From: Bryobacterales bacterium
GTDB lineage: Bacteria > Acidobacteriota > Terriglobia > Bryobacterales > UBA6623
Length of the DNA stretch: 64,000 nt
Direction: 5' to 3'
NCBI GenBank assembly: GCA_963422375.2
Contig: OY729428.2
Coordinates: 3,520,001-3,584,000, forward strand
Part shown: positions 51,180-61,667 of the stretch, piece after piece
Position numbering within the stretch: the stretch's first letter is position 1
Layout of the letters: the number at the start of each line of letters is the position of its first letter
Notes under the pieces: model-generated
Databases searched by the model: none
Seen by the model: the letters and a program-made list of their open reading frames with translations, nothing else
Told to the model about the DNA's origin: nothing
Program-made: the position numbers and the translations under genes

Positions 51180-51778
51180 AACACGGCGCGCGCTGGCCGA
51201 CGGAGATAACCAGGCGGGGTTTCCGATGACAGGTTCCCGCCCGGGGCCGCCCGGTCTTCAGCGTCCACGCGGGCCGGCGCGGAGAGTCCGGTGCGGCCGC
51301 GGGCCGCCGGTGAAGGGCCAAGAAGGCTGTCCCGATCCTCGGTCGCGTGGCGGACTCGCGGAACGGGACTGGTGCATACGCGATTCGAGTGCGTGCGGAC
51401 GTGCGCTCGTCGACCGGCGGCTCCGGGGACATTCGCTTGCGACTGGCGTAGAGGGCCGCCAAAGGTAGGCGTGCAGCCTGTCGGTGAACGTCGGGATCAG
51501 ACACGTCGCGAGCCTCCAAGGCCTCGGCGCATCGAAGGAGGAACTCCGAGCGATGCTCGGAATTTCCGAAGACGGGCGGTAACCTATCGTTGACGAGCAC
51601 CAGGAGCGAATGTGGCCGACTCGCTACACGCCGCTCCACCTCCGTAAGACCAGCCCGACGGTCAACGGCGAGGGGACAGGCCACCGGCCCCGCGACGAGG
51701 CGTTCTTCGGATACACGCAACCGTAGCGAGCCCCGCTCGCCGGGAAGGGCCAGAAGATCGACACGACACACGCTCTAG

Positions 51779-53717
51779 CCCGCATTATTCACGAATGCGG
51801 CGCAGGCCCATGGATCCAGTTTCCGGGCCCTCGATGGCCGCCAAATCTGCTTCCGAAACGCCTGCGGGCGGGGAATGCGGGGCTTGCGCGGCGTCTCGCG
51901 AGCGGCCTGCGGGCCGCGGACACCTCCTCGGCGGCACCCGCCCGGAGGGCAGGCACGGTTGCCCCCGGCGGCGCCCGGCGCCTGCCGACACTCTCCGGAT
52001 GGACCCGGCCCGGCGTCATATCGGCACGGCCCCCAAGCCCCGCGCCACCACCGCCCAGGCGTCCCGGAACGGTGCCGTCCGCGGCACTCGCAGCACGATC
52101 GGCTTCGCCGTGGCCGCGACCCGCGCCCCCGGCTTCGGCAGGCCGAGGCGCAACCCGTCCACCCGGCGCTTCCGCAGCGGCGTGTCCCGTGCCTGCCAGC
52201 GCAGTTCCTGCATGATCACGTAGGCCGCCGCCGCGAGCGGCGCGCGGAACTGGTTCGCCGCGAAGCTCGAGCAGCTGGCGCGGTCCATCCGCATCCCTTG
52301 CTTGAGCTCCTCGACGCGGTTCTCCACGTCTCCCCGCAGGCAGTGGATCCGCTCGCAGAGGCGCTGCGGGCTGCCGCCCGCGTCGGTCACCACCTAGCGC
52401 GGGTTCCACTGCGGGGCGCGCCCGGGAAACTCGCTCGCGTCCGCCTTGACGGTCACCCGCCGCGCCCGCGACCGGCGGCCCGCCCGGTAGACGAACTGCC
52501 CGTGCAGCGGGCCCGGGTTCTTGCCCGCGTCCTCCGCGCCCGGCCGGCCCCCCTGCGTGCCGGCTCCCGGCCGCGCGTACTTCGCCCGCAACTGCTCCAG
52601 CCGGGACGGCGGGTCCCCCGCGGCCGCCGCTGCCCCGCCGCGGTCCGCGCCCGGGGTGCCGCCGGGCCTCGACGGCCGCCCGCAACGGGGCCGCGCGCCG
52701 CTCCGGCACCGCGTTCTTCTGCAGGCACGCCACGCACTCCAGGCCCTCGCGCTCGCCATAGGCCGGCAGCCCGTCCCCTTGGAAGCCCGCGTCCAGGCGC
52801 AGGCGCAGCGTCGCCCGCGGGAAGAATTCCCGCAGCAGCGGCAGCAAGCGGTCCAGCAGCGGCAGCAAGCCCTCCGCGGCCGCGGCCGTGCCCGAGCGCA
52901 GCAGCGCCGCCACGAGATGCCGCTCGCGCTCGTCGTCGAAGCGCACCGCGCCCGCCAGCGGCAAGTAGCAATGCGTGTCGTGGAAGCCGTTGCACAGCGC
53001 CAGCTACCGGCCCCCGTGCGGCGGCTCGCAGGCCGGGTCGAAGTCCAGCTCGACGATGCTCGTCTCGGGGCGCCGCTCGTGCCGGCGCCGCACGACGCAG
53101 CGGGCCGGCACCGCGGACAGCGCGCTCGGCGCGTCCGCGGTGACGGCGTTCTCGAAGCGCGACAGGGCGGGCCGAGACGGCAGGTCGCGACCCTGCCAGG
53201 GGTCGCGCCCGAGCGGCAGCTTGAACACGGGGTCGCCGCCGAGGCGCCCGGCGTCGTGGCAGTCCTCCTAGCCGCAGGCGAGGCCGTAGATGCGCTGGCG
53301 GAGCCTGTCGGCGAGGGAGTGGAGCACCTTGGAGACCTCGGAGGGCAGGCGCCGGTCGCGCAGGCAGCCGGCGAACGCCGCGGTGAGGCCGGGAGCGCGG
53401 TCGGCGGCCTCGACCGGGACAGCGCCGCCGTCGGAGCTGCTGCGCTCGTGATCGCAGCGGACGGCGACGGGGCGACGGCGCGGGTTGCGGAATAGAACGC
53501 CTTGGGAGCCTGCGGCTACGACCATGCATTCATTATAACCTACCGGATAAAAACCACTTCAGCGTATAAACTTGGATTTCAATCGGACCGGGCCGGGGCT
53601 GCCGCCGGGGATCGCAGGGCACTCCCAGGAGTGAGGATCGCGCTGGACCGGGGGCCCTCACGGCCCGGGCGGAGGGACCGGACTATGGCCCTCCGGGCTA
53701 CTCATGAATTATCCGGG
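51779..53717 (-). mobile_element. Decayed IS1380-family element, copy 1
   Basis: Ends CCCGGATAATTCATGA / TCGTGAATAATGCGGG; CTAG on both flanks; fragments 'SSDGG', 'RQRIYGLACG', 'LSRFEN', 'RGDVENRVEELK', 'FAANQFR' with stops and frameshifts. Confidence 0.88.
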
Positions 53718-56186
53718 CTAGGGCACCAACTCGGCGCCGAACGCCCCGTCGATCGAAACCCGCTCGTTGCCGACGCCCAGCATGCCGCCGTTTATGTAGG
53801 TGGTACCCCACGTGCCGACGATGGCCAGCGGCGACTCGCCGTCCTGGTCCACGAACCAGCCCCGGACGTTGACGTTGAGTGGATAGTCTTTCACACTCAC
53901 GTTCAGCATGTTCTCGCCATCACCACCCTTCCGGAAGAACGTTTCAAGCGTCTTAATATGCGCCTTGGGTTCACTGTCGATGTTCGGCCTGCTTTCAGTG
54001 TTGAGCCAATCATTGTAGTTTTTGCTGGTGATGTCGCTTGGTAGCTTTAATGCTTCGGGCTGCCCGTCACCGCCTACCAAGCTGCCGTCGTCTTTGGTGA
54101 GCAGGGTGTTGTATCTCACTTTCAACTTCGAGTTCAGCCTCGACTTGAACGACAAGCGTTTTGCGCCGTCTTTTTCGATATTCGCGGTGAAGCTCAGCGA
54201 TTCCACCTCGTACGTGCCGGGCCTCGGGTCCGTGTCCGTGAAGCGCCCGTCCGCATTTTCGTAGTGCGGCAGGCCGTGCAGCAGCCGGCCGTAGGTGAGG
54301 TCGGTCGAGATCAGGTCGCTGACCGTCAGGCGGATCGTGCCGAGGGAATCGGAGTCGCTGCTTCCGCCGCTGCTTCCGCCGCCCCACATCACTAGCGCCT
54401 CGAGGTCGCCCGTGTAGAAAATACTTTCGCCGACCGCCACTGTCTTTCCTCGGTACGTCGCCGTCCCGGTACCCGGGCTGTCCATGAACGCCTCCGCCGG
54501 GATGTACGCGAAAACGTCCCACGCGCCGAAGCCGCCCGCCAGCGTGGTGTCGTCGCCGTCCACCTTCCACACCCCGACCGCTTCCGACCCGGACTCCGCG
54601 TCCCGGCCCAGCAGCCGCCCGCTGAATTCCGCCCCCGACACTTCATCGTCCGGGAAGGCGCCCGCCTGCGGCGCGTACGACACCCGCGCCTCTTTGCCGG
54701 TCACGCTCCAGCTCCCCGTCCGCGGCGACAGCGTGGCCCGCGGCAGCGCGATGCGCGCCACCGCGCCGCCCAGCCCGTGCGTCCAGGCCTCGCCGTCGGA
54801 CGTCTCCAGGTGCTCCACCAGGCCGTCCACGGCGTTCCGCGAGAAGCGCACGTGCACGGTCATGGAGCCCTCGTACAGCTTGCCCTTGCTGTCCGCCGCG
54901 TGCGTCCACCCCAAGTAATAGGCGGAGCCCGCCGCCTGCACGTCGCTGGCCTGCCGCACGGTCTCCGCCGTCGACCACGCGAACCCCTGCGCGGCGAGCT
55001 TTTTCGGGTCGAAGTCCGCCGCCTTGGCGTGGGCGCGCTGCTTGCGCGCGGCCGCCCCGAAGCGCGTCGACCCCAGGCTGCCCAGCGTCGCGTCCGCCTC
55101 CCACTCGCGCGCGTTGTACGTGCGCTTCGCCACGCCCGCGTTCAGGCCGAGGAATTTCAGCACCCCCTGCCCGTCTCCGGACGAGGCCGCGACGAACGCG
55201 GACTCGCTCTCCAGGGCCTCCAGCACCGCCTCCAGCGCCGCCTCCACGCGCCGCCCGTTCACCTCCGGATCCAGCCGCCGGACGGGGACGACGGACTTGC
55301 CGCCCTGAGCGCTGACCTCCTGCTTCTTGCCGCCATCCAGCTTGTCGACCTGGTCGTCGGCCTTGTTCCAGACGTCCTCGAGCAGGCCCCGCAGCGTCGC
55401 CGAGTCGTCGGCGTAGATCTCGACCAGCTAGGCGGTCTGGTCGCGCAGCTCGCCGAGCTCCTCCGCGACCTCCTCGGCCACCGTCTTGTCCGGCTCGTCC
55501 GACCCGCGGTTCGGCTCGTCGCCCCAGCGCAGCAGGTCCGCCATCGAGAACTCCGCCCCGACCGCCTCCAGCGCCGTGCCCGTCTCGTCGGCGCCCGTGG
55601 CGGCGTCGTCGGCGCTCAGCTTCGGCTCCGCCAAGTCCCCCGCGGCGTTCTCGTGCCACGCCTTGCCGGCCATCGGCAGGTCGTAGCGCGCCCCCGCCAG
55701 CTCCCCGCCGGCGTCCGGCGCCACGCGGTACCGCGCGTCGCCCACGACCAGGTCGCCCACGCCGCTCGCCGGCAGCGTCGCCTCCTCGACCGCGTACCCC
55801 GAGCCGTCCTCGGCGGGCGTCGCCATCAGCCCCGTGCCCTTGATCTCCACCGACTCCGGCCGGTACTCCACCGTCCACGCCCCGTCGGCCAGCGTCAGCT
55901 CGTACACGTTCGGTTTGCCCGTCACGCCCGTGCCCGCCTCGAGCCTGTGTCCCGTCGCCACGGCCTCCTCGCCGATCATCCACTTGCCGGCCTCGGTCGT
56001 CATCAGCGTGACGGTTCCGCCGCTCGTGCCCAGTGCCACCTCCACCGCCTGCGGCTGGAACGGCGGGGGTGCCGGCGGGGCCGTCACGGCGGCCGGCTCG
56101 GCACCGCCGGAGGCTGCCAAGCCCAGCGACAGTGCAACCAGCGCCCCGAGCAGCCCGAAAGTGCGTGCGAACTTGCTCCAGTTCAT
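53718..56186 (-). pseudogene. Surface lipoprotein-like gene (822 codons) with a single in-frame TAG at 55428-55430
   Basis: ORFs 55428..56477 and 53718..55262 share one frame; RBS AGGAGA; signal peptide ending LAAS-GG; two 'G(G/A)FGA'-ending beta domains resembling TbpB-type barrels. Confidence 0.7.
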
Positions 56187-56539
56187 GATTGTCTTCTCCT
56201 CTTTACCCTTGTTGTCCTTCTCGCGGCACCGGATGCTCCCCGCACCCCACCTACGCCTGCTGGAGCGATCCAGCTTGCGCAAGCGCTTACGGACAAAGCT
56301 ATCACGACTCGGCAACCGCTGTTGACTGAAGGGAGGGCATCCGTTTGCATGGGGCATTCCGCCCAGCCAGCCAGCCAGCTCATGGCTCATTAGGTCGTCC
56401 GCACAGGTGCCGGGTGCCAATCCAAGACACATGGTGGAGTGCGGGCAAGCGGGGCAAGCACCACGCTTTACCTGCATTCACGCCGGTTTTCCATCCCTGA
56501 TCCGCGAATAAGAAACCGGTGAAAAGACCAGAACGGCTT

Positions 56540-57164
56540 GATTTCACCATGGTTTTTCCGGCCCGCTGCGCCCGGCGGGAATTGCACCTGCGGGGTGCAA
56601 GCATACGGCCTAGGAGAACTGCTGCCCGCTGCCCCGCGACACGGTCCCCCAAGTGTCTTTCGACGTGGCCAGGGAGGACCTGACCGGCCGGGCCGGGCTG
56701 GCCTGCGTGGCGCGCCTGATCCGATGCCTCGATCTCGGCGACTTGCTGCGGCGCAAGGTGCGCGTCAAGCGCCGTCGCCGCGGCTGCAGCGACGAGCGAA
56801 ACCTGCTGGCGCTGATGCTGTCCTTCTGCGGCGGCGGCCATCTCGGCGACGTGGACGACCGCGGCGCCGACAGCGCGGCCTGCCACCTGGCGGGCCTGGG
56901 CGCAGTGCCCGGCAGCCGCCGCCGCGGCGCATGCCTGGCGCGCAGGAGCGACAAGCCGCGGGCGGGCCTGCGGGCATGCGCGCGGCTGGTCAGCCGGCGG
57001 CTGGTGCCGCCAGTGGCGCGGCACAGCCTGGAGACGCTGGGCTAGGTGCCGGTGTGCGTCGACGGCAGCGACAGCGCGGTCTCCGGCCGGCACGGCGACG
57101 GCACGGCTAGAGGCGACAACGGGGAGCGGCCGTACTGGCTGCACGCGGTGTGCGGGGGCGCGGC
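56540..57164 (+). pseudogene. 5' fragment of a second, distinct IS1380-like transposase, truncated by copy 2
   Basis: 'EDLTGRAGL', 'LLALMLSFCGGGHLGDVD', 'VCVDG.D', 'NGERPYWLH'; ends at CTAG 57165; left boundary uncertain. Confidence 0.6.
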
Positions 57165-57168
57165 CTAG

Positions 57169-59086
57169 CCCGGATAATTCATGAGTAGCCCGGAGGGCCA
57201 TAGTCCGGTCCCTCCGCCCGGGCCGTGAGGGCCCCCGGTCCAGCGCGATCCTCACTCCTAGGAGTGCCCTGCGATCCCCGGCGGCAGCCCCGGCCCGGTC
57301 CGATCGAGATCCAAGTTTATACTCTGAAGTGGTTTTCATCCGGTAGGTTGTAATGAATACATGGTCGCAGCCGCAGGCTCCCAAGGCGTTCTGTTCCGCA
57401 ATCCGCGCCGTCGCCCCGTCGCCGTCCGCTGCGATCACGAGCGCAGCAGCTCCGACGGCGGCGCTGTCCCGGTCGAGGCCGCCGACCGCGCTCCCGGCCT
57501 CACCGCGGCGTTCGCCGGCTGCCTGCGCGACCGGCGCCTGCCCTCCGAGGTCTCCAAGGTGCTCCACTCCCTCGCCGACAGGCTCCGCCAGCGCATCTAC
57601 GGCCTCGCCTGCGGCTACGAGGACTGCCACGACGCCGGGCGCCTCGGCGGCGACCCCGTGTTCAAGCTGCCGCTCGGGCGCGACCCCTGGCAGGGTCGCG
57701 ACCTGCCGTCCCGGCCCACCCTGTCGCGCTTCGAGAACGCCGTCACCGCGGACGCGCCGAGCGCGCTGTCCGCGGTACCGGCCCGCTGCGTCGTGCGGCG
57801 CCGGCACGAGCGGCGCCCCGAGACGAGCATCGTCGGGCTGGACTTCGACCCGACCTGCGACCCGACGCACGGGGCCCGCAGCTGGCGCTGTTCAACGGCT
57901 TCTACGACACGCATTGCTACTTGCCGCTGGTGGGCGTGGTGCGCTTCGACAACGAGCGCGAGCAGCATCTCGTGGCGGCGCTGCTGCGCTCGGGCACGGC
58001 CGCCGCCGCGGAGGGCTTGCTGCCGCTGCTGCGGGAATTCTTCCCGCGGGCGACGCTGCGCCTGCGCTGGGACGCGGGCTTCCAAGGGGACGAGCTGCCG
58101 GCCTATGGCGAGCGCGAGGGCCTGGAGTGCGTGGTGTACCTGCAGAAGAACGCGGTGCCGGAGCGGCGCGCGGCCCCGTTGCGGGCGGCCGTCGAGGCCC
58201 GACGCGCGCCCGGAGGCAACCCGGGCACGGACCCCGGCGGGGCAGCGGCGGCCGCGGGGGACCCGCCGTCCCGGCTGGAGCAGTTGCGGGCGCAGTACGC
58301 GCGGCCGGGAGCCGGCACGCAGGGGGGCCGGCCGGGAGCGGAGGACGCGGGCAAGAACCCGGGCCCGCTGCACGGGCAGTTCGTCTACCGGGCGGGCCGC
58401 CGGTCGCGGGCGCGGCGGGTGACCGTCAAGGCGGACGCGAGCGAGTTTCCCGGGCGCGCCCCGCAGTGGCACCCGCGCTACGCGGTGACCAACGCGGGCG
58501 GCAGCCCGCGGCGCCTCTGCGAGCGGATCCACTGCCTGCGCGGAGACGTGGAGAACCGCGTCGAGGAGCTCGAGCACGGGATGCGGATGGACCGCGCCAG
58601 CTGCTCGAGCTTCGCGGCGAACCGGTTCCGCGCGCCGCTCGCGGCGGCGGCCTGCGTGATCATGCAGGAACTGCGCTGGCAGGCACGGGACACGCCGCTG
58701 CGGAAGCGCCGGGTGGACGGGTTGCGCCTCGGCCTGCCGAAGCCGGGGGCGCGGGTCGCGGCCACGGCGAAGCCGATCGTGCTGCGAGTGCCGCGGACGG
58801 CACCGTTCCGGGACGCCTGGGCGGTGGTGGCGCGGGGCTTGGGGGCCGTGCCGATATGACGCCGGGCCGGGTCCATCCGGAGAGTGTCGGCAGGCGCCGG
58901 GGGAAACCGTGCCTGCCCCCCGGGCGGGTGCCGCCAAGGAGGTGTCCGCGGCCCGCACGCCGCTCGCGAGACGCCCCGCAAGCCCCGCATTCCCCGCCCG
59001 CAGGCGTTTCGGAAGCAGATTTGGCGGCCATCGAGGGCCCGGAAACTGGATTCATGAGCCTGCGCCGCATTCGTGAATAATGCGGG
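57169..59086 (+). mobile_element. Decayed IS1380-family element, copy 2 (inverted relative to copy 1)
   Basis: Near-identical to the reverse complement of 51779..53717; CTAG at 57165-57168 and 59087-59090; 'GYED', 'LDFDPTCDPTHG', frameshift near 57875. Confidence 0.88.
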
Positions 59087-59159
59087 CTAGGGCGCTCCCG
59101 CCAGTTACAGGTCTTCGCTATGGCCGGCGGCGGCGAACCGCGCCGGCCATAGTGGGCGC

Positions 59160-59702
59160 TCAGAATCCGGACAGCACCGCCGAGACGAGGGTCGCGGCCA
59201 TCGTGCGGCTGGCGCGGCGCATCGCGGCGTCCCGCTCGTTCACGTACGCCTCGGGGTCGGCGCTCACCTCGTAGGTCTCGCGATGGGTGAGATCCGGGTT
59301 GCTGTAGAGCTCGGCCCCGTCTTGCTTGTCGTACAGCGCGACATGCACGCGGGTCACGGTCATGACGCTGGTCGCCCGGCCCGTCAGGGGATCGAAGTTC
59401 TGCGGAATCGCGTCGAAGAGCATGACGGTTCCGACGAGGGTCGCGTCGGCCCCCGCCTCGCTGCCAACCACGCCGTAGCGGGTGCGGGCCAGCATTTCGC
59501 GCACCACCGCTTGGGTCAGGTACTGCTCGATCTTGAACTCCGAGGTCGCGTTGGAGAAGGCCGGGACAGCGATCGTGCGGATTCTGGCGGGCAGCAGGTC
59601 GGCGCTGCCGGCGAGGCGGTAGCCGCACGAGGCGCACCACGTCCAGCACGTCAGCAGCGCGAGCCAAGCGACGCGCCGGTCCACGGTCGGAACGGGCGGC
59701 AT
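59160..59702 (-). CDS. lptE: LptE-family LPS assembly lipoprotein
   Basis: Lipobox 'ASCGYRLAG', 'IAVPAFSN.T', 'ADATLVG'. Confidence 0.75.
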   Translation of the reverse strand: MPPVPTVDRRVAWLALLTCWTWCASCGYRLAGSADLLPARIRTIAVPAFSNATSEFKIEQYLTQAVVREMLARTRYGVVGSEAGADATLVGTVMLFDAIPQNFDPLTGRATSVMTVTRVHVALYDKQDGAELYSNPDLTHRETYEVSADPEAYVNERDAAMRRASRTMAATLVSAVLSGF

Positions 59703-59706
59703 GGCG

Positions 59707-60582
59707 CTAGAGACTCACCGGCGGCGGCTCCGCCGCCTCGCCGTCCTCGGCCGGCGGGGCGGGCTTGCGCAGCACGCTGGTCGCACGCGTGAGGACGCCG
59801 CTGGACGCGAACATGACGGCCATCGCCAGCAGGACGGGCCGGGAGAAGTTCCAGACGAGAAAGATCAGGCTGGCGAAGAAGACCACGCCAATCGCCGGCC
59901 GCCGCATGAAGTTGAGCTCCTTGAAGCTGCGGAAGCGCCAGCCGGAGATCATCAGGAAGCCGAGCGCTGCCAGCAGGCAGCACCAGAGCAGTCCGCCCGG
60001 GAACCAGTCCTGGATCGGCTGCCCACCGCGGAAATGCACGACGGCGCCGAGGAGGCCTGCCGACGGCGGTATCGGGAGGCCGACGAAATACTTCCGGTGC
60101 GACGGCCCCGGATTCTTCGGGGTCGGGTCCTTGGTGACGTTGAAGCGGGCCAGGCGCAGCGCGCCGCAGGTCAGGTAGAGGAACGTGCAGAAGTAGCCGA
60201 GTCTCGGGAGAACGTCGACCAACGGCCCGGGTCCCGGCGGCAGCGCGCCGCGCATGCCCCAGGAGAACGCCAGCAGGGCGGGTCCCGCGCCGAACGTCAC
60301 GCAGTCCGCGAGCGAGTCGAGCTCGCCCCCGAAGTCGCTGGTCGACTTGGTCAGGCGGGCGATCCGTCCGTCCAGGCCGTCAGTCAGCATGGCGATTCCG
60401 ATCGCGATCGCCGCGTAGTCGAACAGCCTCGCGGCGTCGGCGGCTAGATGCGGGGGCAGCGAGACCGCCCGTATGGTCTGCACTAGCGTGTAGTAGCCGC
60501 AGAACATCGTCCCGACCGTGAAGGCCGTGGGCAGCGCGATCCGCGGCCGCCCGTCCCGGCGGCCGGCCCTGCGAATCCTCAT
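59707..60582 (-). CDS. pssA: CDP-diacylglycerol--serine O-phosphatidyltransferase
   Basis: 'DGLDGRIAR...FGGELDSLAD', 'RLARFN', 'FVGLP'; adjacent to psd. Confidence 0.92.
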   Translation of the reverse strand: MRIRRAGRRDGRPRIALPTAFTVGTMFCGYYTLVQTIRAVSLPPHLAADAARLFDYAAIAIGIAMLTDGLDGRIARLTKSTSDFGGELDSLADCVTFGAGPALLAFSWGMRGALPPGPGPLVDVLPRLGYFCTFLYLTCGALRLARFNVTKDPTPKNPGPSHRKYFVGLPIPPSAGLLGAVVHFRGGQPIQDWFPGGLLWCCLLAALGFLMISGWRFRSFKELNFMRRPAIGVVFFASLIFLVWNFSRPVLLAMAVMFASSGVLTRATSVLRKPAPPAEDGEAAEPPPVSL

Positions 60583-60592
60583 CGACGCTTCC

Positions 60593-61192
60593 TCAGCGGC
60601 GCTCGGCCAGCACCGAGCTGCCTCCCGCCACGCGGTCGCCGCGGGCCACGGCCAGCGTCCACTCCGGACCGAGCAGGACATCCACACGGGAGCCGAACTT
60701 GATCAGGCCGAAGCGCTCGCCCTTCGCGACGTCGTCCCCAGCCCTCTTGCGGCACACGATGCGCCGCGCCACCAAGCCGGCGATCTGCTTGACCTCCACC
60801 GAGCCGGCGTCCCCCTCGATGACCAAGGTGTTGCGCTCGTTTTCGACAGACGCCGCCTCCAGGTGCGCGAGCCGGAACCGCCCGCGGTCGTAGCGGACGG
60901 ACCGCACGCGGCCTCCGACGGGGCTCCGATTCACGTGGACGTCGAAGATGCTGAGGAAGATGCTGACGCGGGTCCGCCCGTCGGGCTCGGGGCGCACCTG
61001 CACGACCCTCCCGTCGGCGGGGGAGACGCACACGGGCCCCTCCGGAACGGCTCGGTCGGGGTCGCGAAAGAAGTAGAGGCAGAATAGCGCCAGCGCAACC
61101 CACGGCAGGGCCCACCAAGCGCCCGCCGCGACACCGCAGGCCAGCGCCGCGGCCGAGAGCCCCGCGGCGTAGCGCCACCCGTCCTTCACCAT
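60593..61192 (-). CDS. psd: Phosphatidylserine decarboxylase proenzyme
   Basis: 'FFRDPDR', 'SPADG', 'DVHVNRSP', autocleavage motif 'KFGSRVD'. Confidence 0.95.
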   Translation of the reverse strand: MVKDGWRYAAGLSAAALACGVAAGAWWALPWVALALFCLYFFRDPDRAVPEGPVCVSPADGRVVQVRPEPDGRTRVSIFLSIFDVHVNRSPVGGRVRSVRYDRGRFRLAHLEAASVENERNTLVIEGDAGSVEVKQIAGLVARRIVCRKRAGDDVAKGERFGLIKFGSRVDVLLGPEWTLAVARGDRVAGGSSVLAERR

Positions 61193-61232
61193 GCCGACCT
61201 AGCCTCGGACTTGCAGAGCGGGCCGGCGAAGC

Positions 61233-61466
61233 TCATTCCGCGTGCGCCGCGCGAACGGCCAGCATGCTGGCCATCTGGTCCTTCAGGTGCAGCTTCATCT
61301 TCTTCAGGCGCGCTTCCTCGGTCTGCTCCTCCTGGGATGGGAAGCGGCGCGCGCTCAGCTCGCCGATGCGGCGCTCGTACTCGGCGTGCTGGCGCTTGAG
61401 CCTTCTAAACTCCTCGCTTGAATTCATCAACTCCTCGACCAGCCGGGCGTTGGTTGCATGCGACAT
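61233..61466 (-). CDS. DUF465/YdcH-family coiled-coil protein
   Basis: 'F.RL...H...E.RI' and 'RLKKMKLHLKDQM' pattern. Confidence 0.8.
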   Translation of the reverse strand: MSHATNARLVEELMNSSEEFRRLKRQHAEYERRIGELSARRFPSQEEQTEEARLKKMKLHLKDQMASMLAVRAAHAE

Positions 61467-61667
61467 GCTATGTCGTCCCTCCTATAGGCGCGATACCCAC
61501 TCGAGCACGCGGGGCGGGCCTCGGCACGGTGCCGCCCGCTCGCGACAGTCCGGCATCTAGACGCGTTCACTCTAACAGACTCACTTACCCCGCGCGATCC
61601 GGCGGGGCGCCCGGCCGGGTAGACGGCAGCGCCTCACGGGAGCCGCCCGGCACCATGCCCGCGTCGG

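Noticed and set aside
51190..51774. Possible gene remnant between the ilv promoter and IS1380 copy 1
   Set aside because: Short open segments with no family motif; not the missing half of the third IS
55428..55430. Amber recoding or pyrrolysine readthrough as the explanation for in-frame TAGs
   Set aside because: TAG ends many ordinary genes here (SDR, relA, ilvC, ccmE), and no pyl genes or suppressor tRNA are visible
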